This document shows, piece by piece, positions 45,617 to 55,254 of a DNA stretch of 64,000 bases (position 1 is the stretch's first letter; every line of letters starts with the position of its first letter). Under the pieces are notes generated by a model. That model had not been told where the DNA came from. It did not search any database and saw nothing but the letters and a program-made list of their open reading frames with translations. A program made the position numbers and the translations under genes. Source of the stretch: an uncultured Methanosarcinales archaeon (GTDB lineage Archaea > Nanobdellota > Nanobdellia > Woesearchaeales > ARS49); NCBI GenBank assembly GCA_964353335.1, contig CAYGVI010000003.1:419694-483693 (forward strand). Reading direction: 5' to 3'.

Positions 45617-48600
45617 ATGCCCGAAAACGCAGTGTTTGCGGTAGTGAACGACGCGAATGGTGACATTGATTTTCTCAGGAATCTTTTCTCAAAGCTTCCG
45701 CAGGCGGTCAGCAATGAAACAGAGAAAAAACTGGACTTAATTGCGCTTATCGGAAACACTCCTGGCTCGCAAATGAGCACTGAAGAGCTCAAGGAATTTG
45801 ACGAGCGCGCATGGCAATTGCTTTGTGACGAGTTTAATGCCAACCGCGAAGGCTGGCAAAAGAAAAAAGTAATGAATGCCGCAGACCTTGGCAGCATTTA
45901 CGCAGTTGACCCTTGCGGCAATCCTGCCAGCAAGCCTTTTAGGCATTACATCGGCGCTGTTGACACAGGCGGAATCCCTGTGGAAGGGATTCTTGTTCCG
46001 AGGTTCCGTAAATTCTACCGCGACCTTGGCGAGGCAATGAGGACTGCGAGGGGCGAGGGAATAAAAGTCAAGGTTATGGGAAACAATATCTTCCAAGTAG
46101 AGGCGCTTTCATCAGACAGTTATCTTGACTGGCAGAAGGTTGTAATCAACAGGCTGGGCATAACCAGCTCAGGGCTTGATGAAATCACAGATGCTGCTGA
46201 TGCGCCGCTGCTCGCTTATCGCAGCGGAAAATCAATTGAAGAGGACGAAGCTCTGAAAAGCACGTTCTTTTCAGATATGAAGGAATCAGGCGTGATTATA
46301 TGCAATTCAAACATACCTTCCAAGGAAAGGCTTATGACCGGCGAACGCTACATGATTATTGCAGGTCAAAAAAATCCAATTGCGCACGGCAAAATCGCGA
46401 TACGCGAATCAAACTACCTCCCAAGCAAGATTTTTGACGAGATTGCCCACAAGCTTCCGCACTCGCCTGTGGGTGTTTATGTTTTCGACGGCAGGGCAGG
46501 CGCGCACTTGCAGTTTGTCTGGCATACTGAGACAGGCGCGTTCCAAAAGGCATCAAAACACAACTTCAGGCTTCATGAGGACGCTGATGCAGAACAGACA
46601 CGGAATTTCAGCGGTGAACGCGTGCCTATTCGTCCGCCGGATGCAGACACTCCTCCCCCGGTTCCGAGCAGTGAACCAGCCCATTTCTCGCAGCCTGAAG
46701 CCGGCCAGGGAACACGGCCTTTGGCTCTTGAAGCGAGAATTCAGCAACTTGAAGGGCAGCTGGCTGCCGCTGAAAAAATACAGGGGCAGCTTGAGGATGA
46801 GAATGAAGCGATTGTAAGCAGGTCAATGAGGGTTATTGGAAAAGTAAAGCGGTGGGCCACTGAAAGAGTTGCAGCTGCAAAGAAGGATGCAGATGATGCA
46901 GATGCCTACCTGATGGATCACGTTGATGTTTTTACTCTTGTCAAGGATCTTGATGGTTATGTGACTGAGAAACATCCTGAATTCAAAGGAAAAAAGCCTG
47001 TTGAAAGGGTTCTTGGATACTTGAAATGGTTCACTGGTCTGGGAGCAACCATTGACGAGCTGAGGGCAAAGGCACAGGAGGGGCTTTCTTCAAAGGCAAG
47101 GGTCAGTGAGCTCGAGCAGCAAATTGGTGCTAAAAATCAGGAGTTTGAATCAATACAATCGCTCTATGAGCAGGCAGTTGAGCCTCTTGCCAAGCGCCTG
47201 AAGGCAATATGTGGCGGCAGAATCCAGGCTGAAAATCCCCGCGATATACTGGAACAGGTTGCAGGGCTTGTCCAAAGCGGCGAGTTTGAACCTGAATCTG
47301 ATGATAAGTTGAAGCAGCAGTACGAAGCGTTTGAGCGGCAGCGTGTTGGATACGAACAGTCTGCTGCGAAAATACAGGAAGGGCACAAAAAGGCGCGCGA
47401 AGCTGACAAAAAGGAACATGATGCAGAAATTGAGAGGCTCACCAGCGAGCAAGTCACACAATTGAATTCCCGTAATGATGATGTTGATAGCGCACGCGAA
47501 GAGCGCGACCAGGAAAAAGAAAAAGCATTGAACCTGGAAAGAACTGCTGAAAGAAAACAAAAAGAACACGCAGCGCTTGAACAACGACTTGAAACCGCAG
47601 CCACAGAACTTGAAGCACTGCGAAAAGGCCAGCCAGACGCCGGAGAATTATCCAAGCTCAGGCAGGGGCGCGAAGCTGACAAACAGACGTATGATACCGA
47701 AATCGCTGCCAAACAAAAGGAAATTGACAGCCACAAAACCGAGTTGGAAACCAGGCGCAAGAAGCTTGAACACGCAGACAAAATGTTCGGCGCAGTTGCG
47801 AAAATCATTGAATCTGTTGCTCCCTATCTGAAAACAAGGTTTGGAAACAAACTGGTTGAAACAGACCCCATGAAAGTACTTGTAGAATTCAAAACTAAGG
47901 CGCTGAAGGCAGGAGATGAGCCAGGAGCAGGCGAAATTGAGAAGCGCATTGCAGAAATTGAAGCACAGCGTGCGGCTCTTGAACAAGAAAACAACAAACT
48001 GAAAGGCGATTATGCGACAGCCCAAACAAGTATTGGGCAAGTCAAGAATGCTGCTGAACTCCAGCTTACAGAAGTGCGAAAGGGCTATGATGAACAGCTT
48101 GCTGTAAAAGTAAGGGAATACGCTGCCCTTGAACAGAGGCGCCAAACCTCAGAACAAAAGTATGGCAAGGCTGTGGAGGATCGCACTGATCTTGAAGAAC
48201 GGTTGAAAAAGACGCGCGAAGAACATGGCAAAGCGCTTGGTGAACAGCGCACAGGCTTTGAAAAACAGCTTGGCGATGCGCGCAAGCAGTATGAAGCAGA
48301 CCTTAAACGCGCAAGGGAAGAGAAAGGCGAGCCAGACACTAAGCTTGCTGCAAAAGTTACTGAGCTTGAACAGAAGCTGGAGAAAGCAGGCAAGGACTTG
48401 GCTGCAAATCGCAAAAAAATGCAGGAAGCGCATGCAAAAGCTCTTGCAGAAAAGGACAAGTCACACACTGATGCTCTTACAAGGAAGGACACTCAGCGCG
48501 AGGCAATGGAGACTCAGTATCGCCGCGAAGTTGGGAAGAAGGATCAGGAATTGCAGGAGAAGGCAGATGAAATATTGCGCATTCGCAGGAATGCTGCAGC

Positions 48601-49414
48601 GCCTGACGACCTTGTCGCGATTGTGCGCAACTGGGCATCAGCCCATCCTGTGAAGGCGCCAAGGGTCAATATCCCGAAAGGAGCGCGCTTTGAAAAAGTG
48701 CTGGAAGGCATGCGGGCAAGAATTGAGAAAAACAAGGCATATGATAATTTCAAGGAGCCACTGCTTGAAGCTTATGACGCGATGCTGCACGGCGGCGGTT
48801 ATGCAAAGCGCATCAATAACCTGAAGGAAGTTATCGGCAGTAATGCATGCGAACTGGTGAATACGCGAGCGAACCGCGAGCTCAGGACACTTGTCGCGGT
48901 AAGCAGGATGTATCTTGGCAGGACTTCATTTGCGAAGAACAATCCGAAGGAATATGCCCTGCTTTGCGAGCTCCAGTCAGGTCTGCCATTGGGCTATGTT
49001 GCCTCATTGTGGGACCAAATCCGCGCCATTGAAAATGACAAGGATGAGCTTGAGGGCAGGATTTCAAGGCTGCACGACGATTACAACTCAGCACGCTCAA
49101 TAGCAGACTACGCAGACAAAGCACTGTATGCTTCGACAGGGCTTTCTGGCAATGCAAAAATCAGGAAGCTTCAGTATGCGTGCAGGAACTACAGGGTGGC
49201 GCGCGAGGGTGTTCCATTTGATGCTGCAAAGCAGAACTGCTCTTTCAATATTGGAATGTGCCTTGCATTGATTGCAAGCGAAACGCACAATGAGGATAAG
49301 TTTGAGGAAGCACTAAGCGAGTTTAAGCTGGCGCCAAAGAGTGCTTCGAGAAAAGACTGGATGGATTATTGCAAAGGGGAGATTAAATTTGCGCCGGTCG
49401 CACGGGTGGCATAG
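45617..49414 (+). CDS. giant coiled-coil protein (1265 aa) with globular N- and C-terminal domains
   Basis: Continuous ORF. The N-terminal ~330 aa is globular with a possible degenerate calcineurin-like pattern (VVNDANGDIDF ... LIALIGNTPG). A Pro-rich linker is followed by ~600 aa of K/E/A/Q/R-rich heptads and a ~250-aa C-terminal globular domain. Confidence 0.6.
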   Translation: MPENAVFAVVNDANGDIDFLRNLFSKLPQAVSNETEKKLDLIALIGNTPGSQMSTEELKEFDERAWQLLCDEFNANREGWQKKKVMNAADLGSIYAVDPCGNPASKPFRHYIGAVDTGGIPVEGILVPRFRKFYRDLGEAMRTARGEGIKVKVMGNNIFQVEALSSDSYLDWQKVVINRLGITSSGLDEITDAADAPLLAYRSGKSIEEDEALKSTFFSDMKESGVIICNSNIPSKERLMTGERYMIIAGQKNPIAHGKIAIRESNYLPSKIFDEIAHKLPHSPVGVYVFDGRAGAHLQFVWHTETGAFQKASKHNFRLHEDADAEQTRNFSGERVPIRPPDADTPPPVPSSEPAHFSQPEAGQGTRPLALEARIQQLEGQLAAAEKIQGQLEDENEAIVSRSMRVIGKVKRWATERVAAAKKDADDADAYLMDHVDVFTLVKDLDGYVTEKHPEFKGKKPVERVLGYLKWFTGLGATIDELRAKAQEGLSSKARVSELEQQIGAKNQEFESIQSLYEQAVEPLAKRLKAICGGRIQAENPRDILEQVAGLVQSGEFEPESDDKLKQQYEAFERQRVGYEQSAAKIQEGHKKAREADKKEHDAEIERLTSEQVTQLNSRNDDVDSAREERDQEKEKALNLERTAERKQKEHAALEQRLETAATELEALRKGQPDAGELSKLRQGREADKQTYDTEIAAKQKEIDSHKTELETRRKKLEHADKMFGAVAKIIESVAPYLKTRFGNKLVETDPMKVLVEFKTKALKAGDEPGAGEIEKRIAEIEAQRAALEQENNKLKGDYATAQTSIGQVKNAAELQLTEVRKGYDEQLAVKVREYAALEQRRQTSEQKYGKAVEDRTDLEERLKKTREEHGKALGEQRTGFEKQLGDARKQYEADLKRAREEKGEPDTKLAAKVTELEQKLEKAGKDLAANRKKMQEAHAKALAEKDKSHTDALTRKDTQREAMETQYRREVGKKDQELQEKADEILRIRRNAAAPDDLVAIVRNWASAHPVKAPRVNIPKGARFEKVLEGMRARIEKNKAYDNFKEPLLEAYDAMLHGGGYAKRINNLKEVIGSNACELVNTRANRELRTLVAVSRMYLGRTSFAKNNPKEYALLCELQSGLPLGYVASLWDQIRAIENDKDELEGRISRLHDDYNSARSIADYADKALYASTGLSGNAKIRKLQYACRNYRVAREGVPFDAAKQNCSFNIGMCLALIASETHNEDKFEEALSEFKLAPKSASRKDWMDYCKGEIKFAPVARVA

Positions 49415-51638
49415 GCCTTCTTAGCACAGTTATTCCTGCAAGCGCATTGATGGCTGCATCAAGCTGGTCTGCAAGCCTGAGAAGCTTGTTTTTGACTGCA
49501 TCTGTGATTATCTGGCCTGACACCATCACTGTCTTTTTCTTTCTGAGAGTCTCAATAACTTCCTTGTTGATTGTTTCCTGCAGGTTCACAAGCACAGGCA
49601 GGACTGCTGTTTGCTCATATCTCTCAAACGTCTTGAGGTTTTGTTCCAGCTCCCTGAGTGTCCTTGATTCTGCAGGGCTGTTTTGCATCATTAGCCTTGT
49701 GCGGACATGCTCTGCTGCAGTGTGAATCTCATTGATTATTCTCTGTGAAACACTCGCAGCATCAATATCAAATCTTGCCTCTTCAACAGCCTTTTGTATT
49801 GCGTCCAAAAATGCCTGTTCTGATTTTGCGTCTATTGTCTTTTGGCCGCTCTTTCTCTTTACTGATTCTGCAAATACAATTCTGTTAATAACATCGCGCG
49901 TCTGGGCTGCGAGGCTGGCCAGGAGGCGCCTTTGTTTGTCGATGTTTCTAATTATCTCGTCAATTTCAGGAACAAGAACTACGGCTGCAGGCGGCTGGAC
50001 AGGGGCTGGCGCGCGCCTTCTGGCAGGTACCGGTGCTTGAACCCTTGCTGCAGGCGGCACAGCAACCCTTCCTGCGATTGCCGCTCTTCTCTCGTTAATT
50101 GCAGCCTGCAATGCCAAAATGCCGCTTTCAACAGCATCAAGTGCCTTTTTGACAAGCCCTTCGAAAATCTCTTTCCAGTGCTTTATCTCTGCCTGGATTT
50201 CCTTGACCTGCGCCGTGTTGAATGTGGATGCTGCAGTGAATGCCTGGCACTTGGCAGTTATCTGGCCCAGCTTGTTTTCAAGCCACTCAATCAGTTGAAT
50301 CACTTCGCGTCTGAGCGCCTCTGCCTCTTCTGGCGTTCTTGCCGCGCCTTCTTTTCTGATAAACGCCCTGATTGAATTTTTCATGGCATTAATGTCCACT
50401 TCATTTATGCTTTTTATCGCATCATCGTAAAGCGACTGCAGCTGCGCGTCTTTAAGCACAAGGAGGTGCTTTTCAAGGCGCAAAATTATATCATTTAATT
50501 GCTTCAATGAATTCTCAAGGATTTGGAGATCTCGCTTCAGGAGCGCAAGCTTCACAAGCAGTTCTGCCTGCTCAGGCCTTCCTGCAAATGTTTTTACTTC
50601 CTTCTCAATCGCTTCAACCATCTGCCCATACTGCACCATGGTGGTCCTGATTTCACTGTAATACTTCTTGAGAATTGCTTCTATCGCTGCTTTCAGGCCC
50701 ATTATCTTGGCAATGGCTGTCTTTTGTCCCTGTATTGCCTTGATTATTGATTCAATCCTTACAATAAGGTCAGTGATGTGCGCTTCTGTGTTCTTGGAGT
50801 CGCCCTGCTCAGCTGACTTGATTGCATTTTCCGCGTCTGCAATTGCAAGGTTCAATGCCTGCAGGATGTTTGCATTTCTGATATCAATATCATTGGTGGC
50901 ATTGCTTGCGGAATTGACATTCACATTGATGTTGTTAATATCCTGCCCAAGTCGTTCTCCAGGGTTTGGCGGAACAGGGGGTACAGGTCCTGGTGGTACG
51001 GGTGGAACAGGTTCTGGCGGGACAGGTTCAGGTGGAACTGGTTCTGGCGGTTCAGGTGGTCTTGGTTCTGGCGGGGTTGGTCTAGGTTCTGGTCCTGGTG
51101 CCCCTCTGAGCTTTGGCAAAAACAGCCAGAGTATGAACAAAAAGATGAGTATTGGCGCGAGAAGGGAGAGGAAGCCGAACAGGTTCCTTACTGTCTCGCT
51201 GTTTGATGTCACAAACCACGAGTCCATAATCATCCACGCCAGCAGTGCGCAGATTAGCCCTGCGACAAGCGGTGGAACATGGAGCTTTTTCAGCATGACG
51301 AAAAGTACTGCCCCAAGCAGGGCGGCAGATGCGACTGTTGTCAGCCAGTATTGGAACAAGGTTATTCCTGCTGCGCGCAGTGCGAACGCCGCAGAGGCGC
51401 CAAGGATGATTCCAAGGATTGCGCCGAACTTCCTGCCTGCGCCTTTCTTTCCTTCACCAACTCCGCCTTCGCCCCTTTCAAAAATCATAGAGCCGAGAGG
51501 CGCGAGAAGCGCAGCGAACAATCCGCAAAGGAGTATGAGGTCAACAAAGAAGCTGAATCCAGGGTTGCTGGCATACATTTGGGGGATGTCAGGCAAAGAA
51601 CTCATCAATGGTATGTTCTGGAGTCCTGCGCGTACCAT
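49383..51638 (-). CDS. multi-TM membrane protein with polyproline (PEPRP/PEPVP repeats) linker and long coiled-coil domain (751 aa)
   Basis: Four to five N-terminal TM helices, then PEPRPTPPEPRPPEPPEPVPPEPVPPEPVPPVPPGPVPPVPPNP, Asn-rich and coiled-coil segments, and an Ala/Pro/Arg-rich stretch. Confidence 0.6.
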   Translation of the reverse strand: MVRAGLQNIPLMSSLPDIPQMYASNPGFSFFVDLILLCGLFAALLAPLGSMIFERGEGGVGEGKKGAGRKFGAILGIILGASAAFALRAAGITLFQYWLTTVASAALLGAVLFVMLKKLHVPPLVAGLICALLAWMIMDSWFVTSNSETVRNLFGFLSLLAPILIFLFILWLFLPKLRGAPGPEPRPTPPEPRPPEPPEPVPPEPVPPEPVPPVPPGPVPPVPPNPGERLGQDINNINVNVNSASNATNDIDIRNANILQALNLAIADAENAIKSAEQGDSKNTEAHITDLIVRIESIIKAIQGQKTAIAKIMGLKAAIEAILKKYYSEIRTTMVQYGQMVEAIEKEVKTFAGRPEQAELLVKLALLKRDLQILENSLKQLNDIILRLEKHLLVLKDAQLQSLYDDAIKSINEVDINAMKNSIRAFIRKEGAARTPEEAEALRREVIQLIEWLENKLGQITAKCQAFTAASTFNTAQVKEIQAEIKHWKEIFEGLVKKALDAVESGILALQAAINERRAAIAGRVAVPPAARVQAPVPARRRAPAPVQPPAAVVLVPEIDEIIRNIDKQRRLLASLAAQTRDVINRIVFAESVKRKSGQKTIDAKSEQAFLDAIQKAVEEARFDIDAASVSQRIINEIHTAAEHVRTRLMMQNSPAESRTLRELEQNLKTFERYEQTAVLPVLVNLQETINKEVIETLRKKKTVMVSGQIITDAVKNKLLRLADQLDAAINALAGITVLRRPMPPVRPAQI

Positions 51639-51748
51639 AGTCTGTCAACTCTTTTAGTCTGCGTTCGTCAACTGTGTATATAAATATTTTGGCGAATACC
51701 CTCTATATTGAGTAACCGAAAAGCTTATATAGTAGTATTCACTACGTA

Positions 51749-52327
51749 GTGACAACAAAGGTGATAACTATGCCAAATCCACAACCAGTTCCCGTACAAG
51801 GGGGAGCGCCTCAGGGCGCACAGAATACTAATCCTCAGCAGTCCATACGCGATTATTTCGGGAGCCTTAGCCCTATGACAAGGCTTGCTGCCGGAACAAT
51901 TGCATTGATTGGCGCTGCTTACATGCTTACAGGACCATTTCCAAGGCACTTCTTTTACCGCAACCCGACTGCACAGGTACAAAGGGTTCAGGGAAAACAG
52001 GCTTCTGGCGATGAAGTTCAGAACACGCCTTACGCAATCAACAACAAGAACGAAATCCGCTTTATTGACGGTACTGTTGTTTCCTGCGATGATGTCGAGA
52101 CAGCATCACGCGCCGCAATCCAATACGACCTTGTAATTGACAATTTGCCGAAAACAAAAACGCTTTATGACCAGGCAAGGAGCGCAAAGCTTTCAATGTA
52201 TGAAGCTATAAAAGACGGCCACATTTCAAGGCAGGAAATGGGGCTGGCGCCGAAGCCGGTCAGCGAGGTTAAGCCTGCTGAGGCACAGTACGGCAAATGC
52301 ACAATCCACAAGACGAGAGGGGAATAA
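51749..52327 (+). CDS. hypothetical protein with one TM segment (192 aa)
   Basis: ORF only. Confidence 0.4.
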   Translation: MTTKVITMPNPQPVPVQGGAPQGAQNTNPQQSIRDYFGSLSPMTRLAAGTIALIGAAYMLTGPFPRHFFYRNPTAQVQRVQGKQASGDEVQNTPYAINNKNEIRFIDGTVVSCDDVETASRAAIQYDLVIDNLPKTKTLYDQARSAKLSMYEAIKDGHISRQEMGLAPKPVSEVKPAEAQYGKCTIHKTRGE

Positions 52328-52328
52328 A

Positions 52329-52805
52329 ATGCCGCTTATTCAAAAGTTAAAAAATACAGCAGCCGCGGTTTGGAATCAGAAGAAAAAGGCAGCAATTGCC
52401 ACAGCCTGCGCTTTCACGATTTCAGTCTGTTACCATGGTTTTCCTGATACCATGGGCTACCTGTGGTATGCAGGCAAGGAAACAGCAAAGTTTGGCGCAG
52501 ACATTTTCTGGAATGGCGCCAAGCGTGTTTTTCCGAGCGGGGACAGCCGCAGTTACATCAAATTTGAATATGGCGGCAAGACATCCTGGTTGGACGTTCC
52601 TGCGCCTTATGCGGCAAGAATTGAGGAACTTGCCAACAAGTACCCACATGGTTCAGAGGTTCACCAGGTTATGTATGACACCGATAATGCTGACTCCAAG
52701 GCGGACGGGGTTGCAACCGCACTGAATATTGAGAACATCCTGCTTAACAAGTTGAATACTGACAAGACGCCAAGGGCGACGATACATAGGGAAAAACCCA
52801 AATAG
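52329..52805 (+). CDS. hypothetical protein (158 aa)
   Basis: ORF tightly coupled to the upstream gene. Confidence 0.4.
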   Translation: MPLIQKLKNTAAAVWNQKKKAAIATACAFTISVCYHGFPDTMGYLWYAGKETAKFGADIFWNGAKRVFPSGDSRSYIKFEYGGKTSWLDVPAPYAARIEELANKYPHGSEVHQVMYDTDNADSKADGVATALNIENILLNKLNTDKTPRATIHREKPK

Positions 52806-52840
52806 GATTTTTTTCAAAGAAAACGTTTATATATTAGCAT

Positions 52841-53287
52841 TTGCCCTGCGTAGTTATGGCAGCAGCAACAGCGGCATTGATGGTTATTCCGCCAATTATC
52901 GCGGGCATTATTATCGGCATTTACGAGATTATTCTCCTGCACCGCGACGTCACTGTACCGACGCACAGGTTCGGGCACGGCATTCACGCTGTTGTTTTCG
53001 CAATCATTGCCTGCTTCGTGACAATGAACACGCCGTGGGTTTTGCAGAATTTCTCATTCCTTCAGGGCATACCGTACATGTCTGCAATAACGTTGCAGAT
53101 TATTGTCGGAATAATAACAATGGTCAAGATTCACGGAGTCAGCGCTGCAATCAAGACAAGTATGGGCGGAATGTCCCTTGGGCTTAGAGAGACCTGGTTC
53201 CACAGCGCAATGGTCGCTGCTCTTGTCGTCGCAGCGCCTTATGTCTGGCCTTTTGTGGCTCCTGTTCTGCCTTCTTGGGCTAAGTGA
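52841..53287 (+). CDS. membrane protein, hypothetical (148 aa)
   Basis: Four predicted TM helices. Confidence 0.4.
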   Translation: MPCVVMAAATAALMVIPPIIAGIIIGIYEIILLHRDVTVPTHRFGHGIHAVVFAIIACFVTMNTPWVLQNFSFLQGIPYMSAITLQIIVGIITMVKIHGVSAAIKTSMGGMSLGLRETWFHSAMVAALVVAAPYVWPFVAPVLPSWAK

Positions 53288-53314
53288 TAAAAATACCTGC
53301 TTTCTCTCACGTGT

Positions 53315-54412
53315 GTGGAGGGCTGCTTTATGAACAAACAATACCGCGTTGGAATCATCGCCGCAACAGGCGCAGTCGGACAGAGGGCAATAGATTTTTT
53401 GATTGGACATCCTAATTTCAAGGTGACCCATCTCGCAGCATCAAAGGAATCGCCGAATTATGTTGAGGCTGTCAAGGAGCGCGGGTGGGGAATAATTGAG
53501 CACGATATCCCTGAAGATATCGCAAGGATGAAGGTTCACGACGCTAAAGATATCAGCTCTGCCATAGCAAACTGCGACTTTGTTTTCAGCACGCTTGACA
53601 CTGCGCCTGCAAAAGAGCTTGAGCCAGCATATGCTGAAGTGATGCCTGTTGTCTCAACATCTGCCGCATTCAGGTGGGATCCTTTTGTGCCTATGGTGAT
53701 TCCAGAGGTGAACTCCGAGCATTTGCAGGTTATTCCGCTGCAGCAGAAAAGATACAACTGGAAAGGCTGGATGGTTACAAAGCCAAACTGCAGCCTGCAG
53801 TCATATGTGCAGCTTTTCAAGCCTCTTATTGACAAAGGCTACCCTCCCAAGGCTATCGTGCTGGCAACACTCCAGGCGCTTAGCGGAGCAGGCCGCCCTG
53901 GTGAGTCTGCGATTGACTTTACTGACAACTGGCGGCCGTATATAGGCGGCGAAGAGGAAAAGACCACAAAAGAGCCGTTGAAAATCCTCGGCCATGTTAC
54001 AGCAGATGGAATAAAGAATTATGAAGGGCTTAAAATATCCGCAACCTGCACGAGGGTGAATGTTACAGAAGGACATGGCGCCCTAATGTGGTTTGATTTT
54101 GCTGACAAGAAGCCAGAGCTTGAGGAGATAATCTCTCTTTGGGAGAATTTCAGGGCGCTTCCGCAGCAGTACAATTTGCCTTCTGCGCCTGCAAAGCCGA
54201 TAATTTACCGCAGGGAAGCCACAAGGCCACAGCCAAAATATGACAGGGATACTGCCAAAGGAATGGTGCTCACTGTTGGCAGGCTGGAAAAGGACAGTGT
54301 ATTTGATTACAAGGCTGTCGGCTTGTCGCACAACACAAAGCGCGGAGCTGCAGGCGGTGCTGTCCTTACAGCAGAACTGCTCGCTGAGCTTGGATATTTT
54401 GACAAGAAGTAA
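53315..54412 (+). CDS. asd: aspartate-semialdehyde dehydrogenase
   Basis: GIIAATGAVGQR Rossmann motif and the KPNCS active-site Cys motif. The start may be the internal MNKQYRVGII. Confidence 0.75.
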   Translation: MEGCFMNKQYRVGIIAATGAVGQRAIDFLIGHPNFKVTHLAASKESPNYVEAVKERGWGIIEHDIPEDIARMKVHDAKDISSAIANCDFVFSTLDTAPAKELEPAYAEVMPVVSTSAAFRWDPFVPMVIPEVNSEHLQVIPLQQKRYNWKGWMVTKPNCSLQSYVQLFKPLIDKGYPPKAIVLATLQALSGAGRPGESAIDFTDNWRPYIGGEEEKTTKEPLKILGHVTADGIKNYEGLKISATCTRVNVTEGHGALMWFDFADKKPELEEIISLWENFRALPQQYNLPSAPAKPIIYRREATRPQPKYDRDTAKGMVLTVGRLEKDSVFDYKAVGLSHNTKRGAAGGAVLTAELLAELGYFDKK

Positions 54413-54420
54413 GAAAACAA

Positions 54421-54684
54421 TTATTCAATCTTGACTACTTCGCCGAGGCTTTGCCCTGGCATTCCTGTCTCGAAGATTGCCCTGACAGCTCCCTTGCCGC
54501 CGTGGATTGCAGCAATCTTTCCTTTCAGCTGCTTCTTGTTTTTGCCAGGGGATGTCCAGATTACTGTCTTTCCGACAAGGGCTTTTGCCTTGTCCTTGGT
54601 GTCAACAGTGTCGACAACAATTATCATGTGGTTTCCTCTCTTTCTTCGGAAAGTTCCCCTGAATGCACTTATTCTTGCTTCCAT
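54421..54684 (-). CDS. rpl35ae: ribosomal protein L35Ae
   Basis: About 87 aa with the pattern ...ALVGKTVIWTSPGKNKKQLKGKIAAIHGGKGAVRAIFETGMPGQSLGEVVKI. Confidence 0.65.
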   Translation of the reverse strand: MEARISAFRGTFRRKRGNHMIIVVDTVDTKDKAKALVGKTVIWTSPGKNKKQLKGKIAAIHGGKGAVRAIFETGMPGQSLGEVVKIE

Positions 54685-54704
54685 AACATTGCAGAATTCA
54701 GGGT

Positions 54705-54760
54705 CTGTTTAAAAAGGTTGTGCAAGCAACCTTCGTCAGCTTTGCTGACCGCTAGCTTGC
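54705..54760 (-). promoter_or_regulatory. family B element copy 2 between the lrp stop and the rpl35ae start
   Basis: CTGTTTAAAAAGGTTGTGCAAGCAACCTTCGTCAGCTTTGCTGACCGCTAGCTTGC. Stem 1 has become AAGGTTG/CAACCTT, a compensatory change relative to copy 1. Confidence 0.55.
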
Positions 54761-55230
54761 TAGTATGACGACAGGGAAATCATTGTCTGGGTTTTGTCAA
54801 CGCCTGCCACATGGCGAAGCTTTCTGACGACAAATTCATTGAGCTCGTCAAGGTCTTTTGCGCGGACTTTTACAAGCATGTCTGCTCCGCCTGTGAGAAT
54901 GCTGACTTCCTCGACATCAGGCATTCCCCTGATTTCCTTTGCTGCGTCCTCCTGCTGGACTTTTCCTCCTGTCGGCAGGATGTATTCAAAAGAAACAAGG
55001 ATAAAAGCGAGGATTTGCTTGCCTGCTTTTCTCCAGTCAATGTCAGCAGTGTAGCGCCTGATTATGCCAAGCTGTTCGAGTTTTTTAATCCTGTTGTGCA
55101 CTGTTGTCGGCGGAAGCCCTGTTTCTTTCGCAAGGCTTTGCACTGACAGCTTGGAATTCTCCTTAATCAGTCTTAACAGCTTTTGGTCATTATTATCCAA
55201 TTTATTCATAAAAATGGAATAATATTCCAT
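54760..55230 (-). CDS. lrp: Lrp/AsnC family transcriptional regulator
   Basis: N-terminal HTH (DQKLLRLIKENSKLSVQSLAKETGLPPTTVHNRIKKLEQLGII) and a C-terminal RAM domain. Confidence 0.8.
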   Translation of the reverse strand: MEYYSIFMNKLDNNDQKLLRLIKENSKLSVQSLAKETGLPPTTVHNRIKKLEQLGIIRRYTADIDWRKAGKQILAFILVSFEYILPTGGKVQQEDAAKEIRGMPDVEEVSILTGGADMLVKVRAKDLDELNEFVVRKLRHVAGVDKTQTMISLSSY

Positions 55231-55254
55231 ATATTTAAAGATTTCGGAATATAA

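Noticed and set aside
47164-47808. 214-aa minus ORF and several other antisense ORFs inside the giant coiled-coil gene
   Set aside because: They are Ser/Ala/Cys/Phe-rich mirror-image translations of a K/E-rich coiled-coil coding strand, with no independent support.
45617-51638. Compositional (GC) anomaly suggesting horizontal acquisition of the giant-protein region
   Set aside because: Spot counts of 60-nt samples gave about 47-52% GC, versus about 47% in infB. This is not convincingly different without a proper window calculation.
50668-51657. 329-aa plus-strand ORF with GGTGGTG Gly-rich repeats
   Set aside because: It is antisense to the polyproline (PEPVP) repeats of the 751-aa membrane protein. 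The sense ORF has coherent TM, linker and coiled-coil architecture.
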